Source: a virus. From it: DNA of 64,000 bases. Positions 53,926 through 63,360 of the stretch are shown here, in pieces. How positions within the stretch are numbered: position 1 is the stretch's first letter; each line of letters starts with the position of its first letter. The stretch spans positions 31,393-95,392 of the IMG/VR virus record IMGVR_UViG_3300038410_000026; one strand, 5' to 3'. The notes under the pieces are model-generated. The model made no database searches. It worked only from the letters and a program-made list of their open reading frames with translations, and had not been told where the DNA came from. The position numbers were made by a program, and so were the translations under genes.

Positions 53926-56502
53926 GAAGCTAAAGCGCCACCAACTGCGATCACTGCCCGACCGCCAGGACGTGAGCGCTATGTCGTCGCCCCACCCGAG
54001 AACGAAGAAGCCGCCGCCCATCTCCGTGACCTGGGGCTGAATCCCAATCAACGGCTCACCTACGTCGGGGAATACAAAGGCACTCAGAAATTCGTGGACG
54101 AATACGGTCAACTGACCCTTTTTCCGTCTACGCGCCAGGAAGAAATCTTCCGCCACTTAAAGCCCACGGCGGAACCGTTCGTCCCCGAAGGCGAGCGGTC
54201 CATCTTCAGGCCAGAACCATCCGGAACCGCAGGGCCGACGTGGTGGAAATTCGTCGATAAAAGAGAATTACTTGGACTTTACGACGCCGACCAGCGAAGC
54301 TTTCTGGGGCAAGACTTCGAGGTGGATTGGGGAGCTTGGAACAAGCTGGGAGGGGTCTCCGGGAAAGCACTCTTGAAGCAACCGGATGGCACCAAATGGA
54401 TGTTCAAGCTTCCGCTTTATGGGGAAGGCCCAGAGCCGTATGCCGAAGCATCCGGAAATTCAATTGCTAGGATGGTTGATCCTGGATCAGCAGTTGAAGT
54501 GCGCGTCATCAATTTGAACGGGAAACTAGGAACCATACAGAAATTGATTCCGCAAGCGAAGAACCTATTGGAATACGAAGACTCACCTGAATCACTTTCG
54601 AGTGATCACCCAAATGCGCTAGATTTCATCGAAGGCCATCAGCCGATTGATTTCTTGATAGGTAATACCGATGCTCACTATGGAAATTTCTTAATATTGC
54701 CAAATGATAAAGTGGTAGCGGTCGATAAGGGCTTCTCGTTCTGGGCCAGCCCACATCAGCTTCCGCCATCAGGAGCTGTCTATAGCGATCTCTGGAGTCT
54801 CATCTCCAAAGATAGGATAAATCCACACCCCGAGAACGCCGAGCGCACTGTGCGCATGATCGAGGCTCTCCCCGAGGCCGAAATCATCAAGGCCATGACC
54901 CCTTACGCCACCCGGCGCTGGCCGAACAATTCGGACATGCAGTGGGATGAGATCGAAAGGGTCTTAAACCGTAAGCGAAAGATCCGCAAGCTGATGGACG
55001 GCTTTTATGTCTTCGCTACCAATGACAGTAACTTTCGGCTGGCCAACTACGGTGGAAAGCTGCCGCTACTGCCGCCCGAAGGCGAGATGCGGATTCCAAC
55101 CGGATGGGAGGAAGCCCTGCCTCGGGAAGAGGATATATCCAGTATCGACGACCTGATGGATAACCTTCGCTTCAAATACGTACCCAAAAAAGGACCCTTC
55201 CCTCCGCTTCTCTGGGTGAATCCCTCTGGAGGGGAACTTCTGCGGCTCGCACAGGAGATATATACCGGAGAGGAAACACCGGCTTTTTACGGCATGTCGG
55301 TAGGCCCAGGGATATCTAGAACCCTGACGGACGTAGTGCCTAGTACTTTTAGGCCCAGCGCAAGGCGAAATGTGGCCAATTTCCAGCAAACGATCAGGAC
55401 AGCTTTCAGGGACGCGCTAGGAGGCGGCTTCCCAACTTTTTCGGCTGTGGTCTATCATCCCTACTTTGGATTGAGTCATCTGCGCTCCACCGCCATGCAC
55501 GAGATGGCGCACGCCTCGCTCTCGCGGGCCTATATGGCCGGAGAGGGACTGGAATCGCTTGACCCTTCCCGGATCAGGCACTGGGAAAAGGTCAAGTCCG
55601 GCCTAGGGAAGCATGGCTACGAGGTTGAGGAGCACCCGTTCGATGTTCTGACTGAGCTTATGGCTTATGGCCGTACAATGGGCCATAAGGAGTTGGGCAT
55701 AACGCCGCAGGAGATGGCCGAAGCCTACGGCGATGCCTTGGAGCACATTTATGAAACAGCAGGAGAAAAGGGCTTCGGCCCGTTCCGCTACGCGGTCCCC
55801 GAAGCCAAGCGCGTTTACCAGCAGGTTTTCAGAAGAATTCAAGAACGTCATGCAGGAGAGGGGGGACCACTTCGAGGAACTGCTGGAGGCGTTTCACCAG
55901 GGAGGGAAGCAGGCCGTGGTGGAGAAGTACTTGCGGCTCGCCGGGGTGGCCCCACCGGATACTGGGTCAGTCCCCGAGGAAAGCTCATTGAAATCCCATC
56001 CGGAAAAACCCACCCCGGAATCACCGAAGAATTTGAGCTTGCCGGAAAGCCAGCCCCCTACGTCGAACGCAACTGGGTCCGAGTCACCCAGAACCACGTC
56101 GAGCACGCCGAGAAAGCGCCGCTCACCGCTATCGCCACCGGAGTAGAGAAAGCCGTCGATTTTGCCCGCAACAGCGGCAATCGGGCGGTCTACGTCGAGG
56201 TGGTCCGCAAGGGCAAGCCCACCCCGGCTTCTGGCTATTATTGGGTGGATGATCTCATCGACGCTAACTTTAACCCCAAGAAAGCGACGAAGGCTCCCTT
56301 TGATCCATCCCTGATGGGCGGGGAGCGTGCTATCGTTCCGCCCAAGAAAGCTCTCGGCAAGCCTGCCCCTGAGCCGAAGCCTACTCGACCCGCGTTCCAT
56401 CCCGAGAGCCGCAGAGAAATATTGGGTCTTAGCAGGAAAGAAGAAACACCAGTCGAAGAAGAAATCGCGGCCATGCCGCCGCGTCCTAGGGAGGTAAAAT
56501 AA
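53893..56502 (+). CDS. -1 frame extension: HipA/PI3K-PI4K-like kinase + HExxH metallopeptidase-like module
   Basis: LGGVSG, WMFK, PYAE, DFLIGNTDAHYGNFLI, VAVDKG; AMHEMAH...ELMAY. Frame open from 53821; first start codon is GTG 54094 with no SD. Confidence 0.75.
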   Translation, partial: VGEPETATPVPEAKAPPTAITARPPGRERYVVAPPENEEAAAHLRDLGLNPNQRLTYVGEYKGTQKFVDEYGQLTLFPSTRQEEIFRHLKPTAEPFVPEGERSIFRPEPSGTAGPTWWKFVDKRELLGLYDADQRSFLGQDFEVDWGAWNKLGGVSGKALLKQPDGTKWMFKLPLYGEGPEPYAEASGNSIARMVDPGSAVEVRVINLNGKLGTIQKLIPQAKNLLEYEDSPESLSSDHPNALDFIEGHQPIDFLIGNTDAHYGNFLILPNDKVVAVDKGFSFWASPHQLPPSGAVYSDLWSLISKDRINPHPENAERTVRMIEALPEAEIIKAMTPYATRRWPNNSDMQWDEIERVLNRKRKIRKLMDGFYVFATNDSNFRLANYGGKLPLLPPEGEMRIPTGWEEALPREEDISSIDDLMDNLRFKYVPKKGPFPPLLWVNPSGGELLRLAQEIYTGEETPAFYGMSVGPGISRTLTDVVPSTFRPSARRNVANFQQTIRTAFRDALGGGFPTFSAVVYHPYFGLSHLRSTAMHEMAHASLSRAYMAGEGLESLDPSRIRHWEKVKSGLGKHGYEVEEHPFDVLTELMAYGRTMGHKELGITPQEMAEAYGDALEHIYETAGEKGFGPFRYAVPEAKRVYQQVFRRIQERHAGEGGPLRGTAGGVSPGREAGRGGEVLAARRGGPTGYWVSPRGKLIEIPSGKTHPGITEEFELAGKPAPYVERNWVRVTQNHVEHAEKAPLTAIATGVEKAVDFARNSGNRAVYVEVVRKGKPTPASGYYWVDDLIDANFNPKKATKAPFDPSLMGGERAIVPPKKALGKPAPEPKPTRPAFHPESRREILGLSRKEETPVEEEIAAMPPRPREVK

Positions 56503-56503
56503 C

Positions 56504-56701
56504 ATGTCGGTCGTATCTGAAAAACAGCGCCGCTTCATGGCGGTCCACGCCTACGGAAAGCCGCGCAAGCGGAAAGGTAAAAGGGGTCCCTCGCGGGCCG
56601 TGGCGCGGGAGTTCATGGAGAAATCACGCGGCATTCGCGGGTTGCCTGAACGGGCCGGAGGTAAGCGCGGGCGCAAGCGTGGCCGCTCCCGGCGCTATTG
56701 A
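56504..56701 (+). CDS. Small Arg/Lys-rich protein
   Basis: GGAGGT SD; SEKQRRFM...VAREF...GLPER motif. Confidence 0.7.
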   Translation: MSVVSEKQRRFMAVHAYGKPRKRKGKRGPSRAVAREFMEKSRGIRGLPERAGGKRGRKRGRSRRY

Positions 56702-56992
56702 TCAGCGCAGGTAGCCCATAGGCTTGCCACTGAGAGTGAAGACGAGCGACGGTCCATTGACAACATGTAAGGCCACTGAGCCTAGCATCCGCTCCTCGGA
56801 AAAGTCCAGACCGAGGACGTTGATGATTTCTTTCGCCTGCTGCCAGTCCTGGATCTCGCCTTTGCGGCGGGCTGTGTGCAGCTTCTTGACGTTGGTGCGA
56901 TGCCTCCGCTCCGCCGCCCTCCGCAGGTTTCGCTCATGCAGCCCCTCGCAATCGTTATGAATCCTCTCCCGCTGCTCTGGCGTTAGCGCCAT
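56702..56992 (-). CDS. Hypothetical protein
   Basis: AGGAGG SD. Confidence 0.7.
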   Translation of the reverse strand: MALTPEQRERIHNDCEGLHERNLRRAAERRHRTNVKKLHTARRKGEIQDWQQAKEIINVLGLDFSEERMLGSVALHVVNGPSLVFTLSGKPMGYLR

Positions 56993-57398
56993 GGCTGCCT
57001 CCTTTCGTCAAAATTATCACTGTCTTATAGTGGTCGCAAATGATCGCTGGACGCAGAATCACCGTGCCGTTGCATTGCGCGATGCTATCGTTCCGGATCA
57101 CTCCATAGTCTTTGAGCAGATCCAGCAACGTGGTCAACATGTTGTCGCGGTCGCTGCGGCGATCCAGAACCCAAAAGGTCACGTCCAGATCTGGATGCAG
57201 AAGATTTAAATCGCGGCATTCGGCGGGGATTTGAACCGCCAGCCGGTCGAGTTCCGTCTGAAGGCCCTCGTCCTTGTACATCCCCCGGCCCTTGCCGAAG
57301 CGGCGGGGACGGTAGGAGTTCTTTTTCGCGGGGAGTTTCCCCCAGAGGGTTATCTCGACCGCCCCCTGCGATGTTGAAGATCGTGGCAGTTTGGGCAC
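56955..57398 (-). CDS. rusA: RusA-like Holliday junction resolvase
   Basis: PAKKN; RSDRDNMLTTLLDLL...GVIRNDS (DxDN..D..xD). Confidence 0.75.
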   Translation of the reverse strand: MPKLPRSSTSQGAVEITLWGKLPAKKNSYRPRRFGKGRGMYKDEGLQTELDRLAVQIPAECRDLNLLHPDLDVTFWVLDRRSDRDNMLTTLLDLLKDYGVIRNDSIAQCNGTVILRPAIICDHYKTVIILTKGGSHGANARAAGEDS

Positions 57399-57697
57399 AA
57401 GGCTCGTAAATTGGAAAGTTTATGCCCTCCGCCTTTCGAGCGGAAGACGATGTGATGAGACTGCAACTCCTCCACCCGGCCACATTCATCACAGCGCCAG
57501 TTTTGGGCTGCGAAAACCTGCTTGGCGCGGCGGCGTAGGACATCTTCCACCAACCGTTGCACGGTTTCCGATTCATGACTGCCGGTGAGTACGGACACGC
57601 AGGAATCGCCTTCCCAGGCCGCATAGCAGTACCCCTGACGGGTCTTCCCGCCATGGATAGTTAACCCTGTTAACCTTTCTGCCTTGGATTTGGTCAT
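57350..57697 (-). CDS. HNH endonuclease
   Basis: CDECG...HHIVFRSKGG...NLRALCPNCH..H. Confidence 0.85.
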   Translation of the reverse strand: MTKSKAERLTGLTIHGGKTRQGYCYAAWEGDSCVSVLTGSHESETVQRLVEDVLRRRAKQVFAAQNWRCDECGRVEELQSHHIVFRSKGGGHKLSNLRALCPNCHDLQHRRGRSR

Positions 57698-57924
57698 GTG
57701 CGGAACTGATCGGCCTTGGGGCAATCGATAAAATGCGAGAGGCCGTTTTCCGAATACGGCCCCACGCGACCATTCTTGTGGCGCACCCAATAAATGGGCG
57801 ATCCACAACCTTTGCAGCGGCCTTTATCGCCGATATTGCGAAGCAATGCCAAGATGTTTCCCTTGGCTACGGCAAGCTGGCGCTCCAGTTCTCTAACCTC
57901 TGTTCCTGCGGCGGGGGTGCCCAC
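57694..57924 (-). CDS. Small zinc-finger protein
   Basis: CKGC..IYW...HFIDCP; GAGGAG SD before GTG 57924. Confidence 0.65.
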   Translation of the reverse strand: MGTPAAGTEVRELERQLAVAKGNILALLRNIGDKGRCKGCGSPIYWVRHKNGRVGPYSENGLSHFIDCPKADQFRT

Positions 57925-58613
57925 GTCTCCTCTCTTTCCTGGGCCATCCATTCAATCGAGCACTCTTGGATCAAGCGGGCCAGGATGACGCCGTGGCTGG
58001 CGGAGCCGCAATAGCTCTGAATCCTCCCGTCATTGACAAACGATTGCCAAAGGGAAGCGATGTCCTGGGTGGTGGCGATGGTGATCACGACAGGGGTGGC
58101 TTCGCCTTCCGCGATCAGCTTCTGTTCCTCAGCCCAGGACCGGAATTTGGTGGCGGTCATCGAAAGGGCTTTGTCGATATATTTCTCGTGGTTTACGCAA
58201 CTTTGATCAGTGAACTTCGAGAGCACATTTAGCTTGGTGGGGCCAAGCTGCTCATATTTCTCCAGGCTGAGATTTGGCCATTTGCTGGCTAAACGCTTTA
58301 CTTCGTACAGGTTGGATCGAGACAGTTGCATGGCTTCGCACACTCCCCTGAGCAGAAAGTCCTCGAAGTTGCGATAGCCTCGACTGCGATAGATTTCGGG
58401 ATCTTTCTGGATCAGCAGGAGCATCCTGCCAATGATGGGTTTTAACCGATTGCTCTGACGGTCGAGGTAGTTGAGCGCCTTGCAGCAGGTTTCCAAACCG
58501 CCGTACAGCCACTCACCGGAGCTTGACGCCGGAACCACCACCTCGATTTGAGAATCCTCTTCGAGCAGTTCCCGAAGAAGGGCCTGTTCATCGGTGGTCA
58601 ATTTGTCTTTCAT
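57867..58613 (-). CDS. Hypothetical protein (possible DNA-binding)
   Basis: 248-aa ORF; GY.NFEDF....+.LSRS..Y pattern. Confidence 0.7.
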   Translation of the reverse strand: MKDKLTTDEQALLRELLEEDSQIEVVVPASSSGEWLYGGLETCCKALNYLDRQSNRLKPIIGRMLLLIQKDPEIYRSRGYRNFEDFLLRGVCEAMQLSRSNLYEVKRLASKWPNLSLEKYEQLGPTKLNVLSKFTDQSCVNHEKYIDKALSMTATKFRSWAEEQKLIAEGEATPVVITIATTQDIASLWQSFVNDGRIQSYCGSASHGVILARLIQECSIEWMAQEREETWAPPPQEQRLENWSASLP

Positions 58614-58771
58614 GGAGGGTTATCCGAACTGAATTTTAGAAGGCAGCCGCGCTCCACACACCAAACAGACTTGATAATCCTTTCCGTCAATCTTGCGGGG
58701 AAAAGTGAGACGGGGATGCCTGCACACAAAAAGGCCAATCAGCCAATTTGTGGCGCTTTTCAGGATTTTCA

Positions 58772-60196
58772 TCATGCGCTCCTCTCGTTTATTTCGTCTT
58801 GAGTCTTGTCCTGAGCCTGGGCGGAAGTATATGACGTACTGGCCGTACTGTCAACCTCCACAAAACGGGTAAACTGGCCTTCAAAACGCATGTTCACATC
58901 GCCCTGCGGGCCGTTCCTGTGCTTTCTGACCAGCAGTTCAGCCTTGCCTTTCAACTCCGCCCGATTGGGTTTGTCCATCTCCTCGCGGTACATGAACATC
59001 ACCACATCGGAATCCTTCTCAATCGAGCTACTTCCATGCAGATCCGACAGCTTCGGCTTCAGGTCGGAAGTCCTTCGGGCGCGGGCGCGGCTCAGTTGAG
59101 AGACCAACAGGATGGCCACTCCGAACCGCTTGGCGTACATGTGAATGTTGCGTGTAATGTACGGTATAGCTTCTTCCTCTCTGTGAAATTTGATTGGATT
59201 TTTCTCGTTCTGCCAGTCCATGATCTGCAAGTAGTCGATCACCACTAGCTTGATGGCCTTCTCGCGCACCATGCGGCTGATCTTTGCGTGGAGATCGGAG
59301 ACGGTCAGGAAGCCGTCATCATCGATGTAGATCGGATAATGGGAGATGTGCTTCATCACGAACATCGCATCCCGCCGTTCGCCGTAATCCATCAAGTTAC
59401 GCTTGATCTTCCATAGCGGGATCATGGCTTCAGAGGCCACCATGCGCTGAATCAAATCCTCCCGGCTCATCTCCAAAGAGAAGAACAGGACTGGAGTATC
59501 CTTCCGTGCTATGTAGTGGGAAATATTGAGCGCGAAAGCGCTCTTGCCGCCCGTGACATCTCCCCCCAAGGTGTACACCTTACCGGGTATGATGCCGTAG
59601 ATTATTTCGTCGAGCTTGGGGTAGCCGGTCGAAATCGGGGGACTGGCCATGGGGCTCAGGACGGCGTTGATTCCACCCTCGGTCACCTCGATCAATTCCC
59701 CTGGGTTTAGGATGCGGCGGTCGGCGCTGAGAAAAGACTCGATCTCATGGAGGCTTCCCTCCATCGAGTTCATGGCTTCGAGCGGGTCCGAGCCGCCCAT
59801 CACCGACTGGGCCGCATTGCGGCAGGTGAAGATCATGCGCCGCCCCGCCGATTTGGAGCGAATGATCCGCACATAGCTCTGGAGATTGAACAGTTCAGGC
59901 AAGCCCGCATCGAGCGAGGAGAGGTAGGCGATGCCGTCCACCGACTCCAGTTCACCATTCGAGAGAAGTTCGTTCGCTACCGTCACCCGGTCAATGTGAT
60001 CGCCGCGCCGGTACAGATCCTGAATACGGCGATAGATGATCTGGTGCTTGTGCAGCGCAAAGTCGCCTTCTGACAGAAACTCCGCCACCGAGGCGTAGTT
60101 CGAACCGTTCATCAGAATCGAGCCGAGAACGTACTGCTCCGCTTCGATGTTTACCGGAAGTCCTTGATTTTTAGGAAGTTGTTTACGGGTAGCCAC
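58772..60196 (-). CDS. dnaB: Replicative DNA helicase
   Basis: P.NIEAEQ.VLG N-domain; GGKS, FSLEM, VIDYLQ, SQLSR, P.LSDL..S.SIE.DSD, KHRNGP. Confidence 0.95.
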   Translation of the reverse strand: MATRKQLPKNQGLPVNIEAEQYVLGSILMNGSNYASVAEFLSEGDFALHKHQIIYRRIQDLYRRGDHIDRVTVANELLSNGELESVDGIAYLSSLDAGLPELFNLQSYVRIIRSKSAGRRMIFTCRNAAQSVMGGSDPLEAMNSMEGSLHEIESFLSADRRILNPGELIEVTEGGINAVLSPMASPPISTGYPKLDEIIYGIIPGKVYTLGGDVTGGKSAFALNISHYIARKDTPVLFFSLEMSREDLIQRMVASEAMIPLWKIKRNLMDYGERRDAMFVMKHISHYPIYIDDDGFLTVSDLHAKISRMVREKAIKLVVIDYLQIMDWQNEKNPIKFHREEEAIPYITRNIHMYAKRFGVAILLVSQLSRARARRTSDLKPKLSDLHGSSSIEKDSDVVMFMYREEMDKPNRAELKGKAELLVRKHRNGPQGDVNMRFEGQFTRFVEVDSTASTSYTSAQAQDKTQDEINERSA

Positions 60197-60214
60197 CTGT
60201 ATTTTTCTCTCGTT

Positions 60215-60535
60215 TCAATCTTCCGGGAGAGCTTCTATGCCATCGGCTGGCGGGAAGTACGCGCCATGCCACCTGCGCAGCTTGGCGGGCATGGGGAGCC
60301 GTTCCTCCTCGGCCACGATCTTGTCGAACAGCCAGTCAAGATCGTTTTGATCGGCGGGCAGCTTGCAGTCCACCGCCCTGTCCCCAAAGATTTCCTGTAC
60401 TGTCTTGTTGTGGACGATGCTGGCTACGGCTTTGGTGTATGCCGACAGGGATTTCGCTGTGGAGGGGAATCCCGGCATGTAGGCGATCTCAGCTAGTTTC
60501 CTGTTGACGGCTGAGAGTTTTTCTTTCTCGCTCAT
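60215..60535 (-). CDS. Hypothetical protein (helicase-loader position)
   Basis: GGAGG SD; lies between the initiator and dnaB. Confidence 0.65.
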   Translation of the reverse strand: MSEKEKLSAVNRKLAEIAYMPGFPSTAKSLSAYTKAVASIVHNKTVQEIFGDRAVDCKLPADQNDLDWLFDKIVAEEERLPMPAKLRRWHGAYFPPADGIEALPED

Positions 60536-60801
60536 TTCGCCTCCGCTGATTGTTCTTCCAATGGCCGAGATTCACGCCAGACCACAGTTACCGTCACGAC
60601 TCCGCTCACCGATTTTCCGCTTTTATTGTTGGCAGCCTTCACGGCCATTACACTTAACTTCCGAGGGTCGATGTCCACGTTATATCTAAATGATTCTTCG
60701 GCAACCGCCCTGCGGAACACATTCCCTCCGTCTTCTTCGAACTTCCGATAAACCTTTCTAGTTCCTACACATCCGGAATAAATCCTATGGTTGTTCTTCA
60801 T
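60532..60801 (-). CDS. Hypothetical protein
   Basis: GGAG SD; ATGA overlap. Confidence 0.65.
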   Translation of the reverse strand: MKNNHRIYSGCVGTRKVYRKFEEDGGNVFRRAVAEESFRYNVDIDPRKLSVMAVKAANNKSGKSVSGVVTVTVVWRESRPLEEQSAEAK

Positions 60802-60822
60802 GTGCCGCTCCCCGTTCCAAAT

Positions 60823-61029
60823 TCACATCGAAGGGCGCATTAATAGCTCGGCGCTTTCCTGGATATATTTGGCCATTTGGATGGCTGTTTCCGGTTTTAC
60901 CGCTAACCTCGCGTCTCCGAAGATCACCATCACCACATGGCGCTCGTGATCCGGGGCCACGTAAACTTCCGTTTCGGTAGGCGGTGGCTCAGGGGCCACC
61001 CTGCCATTGGGTTTGTTTTTGTTCTTCAT
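60823..61029 (-). CDS. Hypothetical protein
   Basis: GGAGA SD before ATG 61029. Confidence 0.6.
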   Translation of the reverse strand: MKNKNKPNGRVAPEPPPTETEVYVAPDHERHVVMVIFGDARLAVKPETAIQMAKYIQESAELLMRPSM

Positions 61030-61050
61030 CTGGTTTCTCCATCGCTCCAC

Positions 61051-62421
61051 CTAGCCTTCACTCAACTGCCGCATACTTTCAGCTACTAAAATCTCAACGT
61101 CGGAGGAGGTTTGGCCTTTCTTGCGCTTGACCATCATCCAGTCGAGTTCTCCCACGGCGAGCTTCCACCAGTTCTTCACCAGCCAGCGAAAGGTAAGCCA
61201 TCCCACTTCGCTTTCCCGCTGCCGGTGGATGGTTTCCGCCTTCGCGCAGAGCGCCTCAAACTCCCGCTCAAATTCGGGATCAGCCGGGATCGGCGGATCG
61301 CGCAGCATATTCCACTTTTCGACCTTTGGGCCGCTCTCAACCAGCCGGTTCCAAGTTTCAGCCTTCAGCGGCAAACTTGACGAAATTGTTTTAAGGCCCA
61401 CAGCGGCTCCGTTGGCACCTACCGCGTGGCTGGAGGCACCCCTACCCCTGAAATCCCCGCCTGCATCGCCGGGGGCGGCAAGGACATGGACTTCAGGAGG
61501 CGTCCCCGGTTCGAATTTGACCCCATGCTCCCGCACGAACTTCAAAAACGCCCCTAGCTTGTCGTCGTACTCGACCCAGTAATCCTCCCCAATGAAGGCT
61601 TCAAGTGATTGACTCCATTGGTTTTCTGTAAGGCCAGACTTCTCCATGGCCTCGCGCAAACGCTTGGTTTCCCTGGCTGAGTTGAGCTTCATGCCCTTCA
61701 GCCGCTTTAGCCTGGACTTAACCCACTTCAGGGTGGTGTCTACGTCCAGATCTGGACATGGAGAGGGGGGCGGCGGAATTGGGGGTGAGGTTGCCTCCAG
61801 GTCCGAGACAGGTTCGGGTTCTGGATACAGGTTCCGTCCAAGGTCAGGATGTGTATGCCTGTATGGGCAAGGGGACACAGGGGATTCTTCTTCTGTCTTC
61901 TCCACAGTTGTCTTCTCCACAGATCTTCCTTTATAAGCCCCGACAGATCTGTCGTAGTCCGTTACGACAGATCTGTCGTAGTCCGTTACGACAGTTTTGT
62001 CGCAGCTAGCTACGACAGATCTGTCGTAGCTGTGGCCTACCCCTACGTCATCACTCGATGGTTCGCTATCTTCTTCATCTTCAACATCATCGGGAGAAGA
62101 GGCGTAGATGTCGGTAAAGATTTTACTTGCCAAAAAGTGGTGCGCGGCGGTTTTCCCAAAACCCCGCTGTTGAGTTTCGATCAGACCAAAATTTCTCAAT
62201 TCCAGCAGGTATCGATTCACGCTTCTATCCGATACGCCCATCTCCTCGGCAATACGGGCGACGGATGCCATACAGTACGTTTTAGTCCTTTTGGACATTC
62301 TGGACATAATCGCATAACACAGCTTCGCATCGGTACTGATTTCAGCTAAACGTAATAGTCGATTTGGTACTACGGTTACATCTCGGGAGAATTCGAACGG
62401 ACGCAGGTATTGTTTAGCCAT
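61051..62421 (-). CDS. Phage replication initiator (lambda O-like layout, N-terminal winged HTH)
   Basis: S..RIAEEMGVSDRSVNRYLLELRNFGLI; internal iterons; upstream of dnaB. Confidence 0.85.
   Translation of the reverse strand: MAKQYLRPFEFSRDVTVVPNRLLRLAEISTDAKLCYAIMSRMSKRTKTYCMASVARIAEEMGVSDRSVNRYLLELRNFGLIETQQRGFGKTAAHHFLASKIFTDIYASSPDDVEDEEDSEPSSDDVGVGHSYDRSVVASCDKTVVTDYDRSVVTDYDRSVGAYKGRSVEKTTVEKTEEESPVSPCPYRHTHPDLGRNLYPEPEPVSDLEATSPPIPPPPSPCPDLDVDTTLKWVKSRLKRLKGMKLNSARETKRLREAMEKSGLTENQWSQSLEAFIGEDYWVEYDDKLGAFLKFVREHGVKFEPGTPPEVHVLAAPGDAGGDFRGRGASSHAVGANGAAVGLKTISSSLPLKAETWNRLVESGPKVEKWNMLRDPPIPADPEFEREFEALCAKAETIHRQRESEVGWLTFRWLVKNWWKLAVGELDWMMVKRKKGQTSSDVEILVAESMRQLSEG
61941..62031. 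repeat. Putative replication origin: four palindromic iterons TACGACAGATCTGTCGTA at 24-bp period
   Basis: Copies at 61941 (partial), 61963, 61987 (degenerate) and 62011. Confidence 0.8.
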
Positions 62422-62555
62422 CTTGCCCCCAAACTCTTCGCTTGAAGGTTTCGGAGGGGGTGGGAAGCGGCGGAAACTAGCGGATTCCGCTTCTCGTGGG
62501 TCCCCCTCGCGAGGTTTCCTTTTCCTCAGCCCACTGATCAGGTGGACCGGCTGTG

Positions 62556-62584
62556 ATGCTACAGTGAGATTACAGGCTTGTCAA
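62556..62584 (-). promoter_or_regulatory. sigma70 promoter of the replication operon
   Basis: TTGACA-17-TAGCAT. Confidence 0.65.
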
Positions 62585-63129
62585 GACCTAATTTTTGAAA
62601 TTACTCACCAGGGTCATTACCTGCGGTGCAATTTGGACAATAGAGAACATATGTCCATAACAGCGACAAAAACTGAAATATGTCGAGCGTGTTCAATATT
62701 CGACTATCTATGTCCTAGGACTCTTGGGGTGGTTATTCGGCCTTGACCGCCGCGCACAGGTGCGACCACAGTCCCTCTTCCTCGTCTTGGGCATCCGGCG
62801 CTCGCACATATAGGGCGCGGAAAGCGGCTCGCAGTTCGTCCTGATCCATCGAATCATCGTCCGCGTGGCATCGGACGAACTCAAGCGCATCTATTTTCGT
62901 CATCTTTGTTCCCTCCTGCCCGGATCGTCCGGGCGTTGATCTCCATCCAGTCTCCCCGCTTTCGCGGTCGGCGCGGCCCGAAGACCGCCGCTGGGGTGGT
63001 GCCGGGCGGGGTTAGAGCCCGGCAGTGTGTTCACCACTACTATTCGGCGATTTCCTCCTCGAACGAAGTGAGTTCGTCCGAGAAAAACTCAAAGAGTTTG
63101 AAGGTGCTGATGGTGGATCGGGACATCGC

Positions 63130-63360
63130 TTATTTTTTCACGTCACTCGATTGCCCACCCACGGCGGAAAGATCCCACGACGTCCCGGTATCTGGCTTAA
63201 AATTATTTAACGCCTCACGCCCTTGATGCACGGCGGCCCAATTAACTTCTTGGCCCAACGATCCTCGCTTTTCGTTGTCCATAACGAGCAGTTCAAGGGC
63301 TTGATAGAGCGCCCTGGTTTTCTTATCCATTTCGTTCCCAACCTTGAGTCCGTGTGGCAT
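63130..63360 (-). CDS. Hypothetical protein
   Basis: ORF packed in an operon; start uncertain. Confidence 0.5.
   Translation of the reverse strand: MPHGLKVGNEMDKKTRALYQALELLVMDNEKRGSLGQEVNWAAVHQGREALNNFKPDTGTSWDLSAVGGQSSDVKK

Noticed and set aside
61941-62031. Mini-CRISPR
   Set aside because: Spacers are only 6 bp and partly identical; the repeats are in frame within the initiator gene, consistent with iterons
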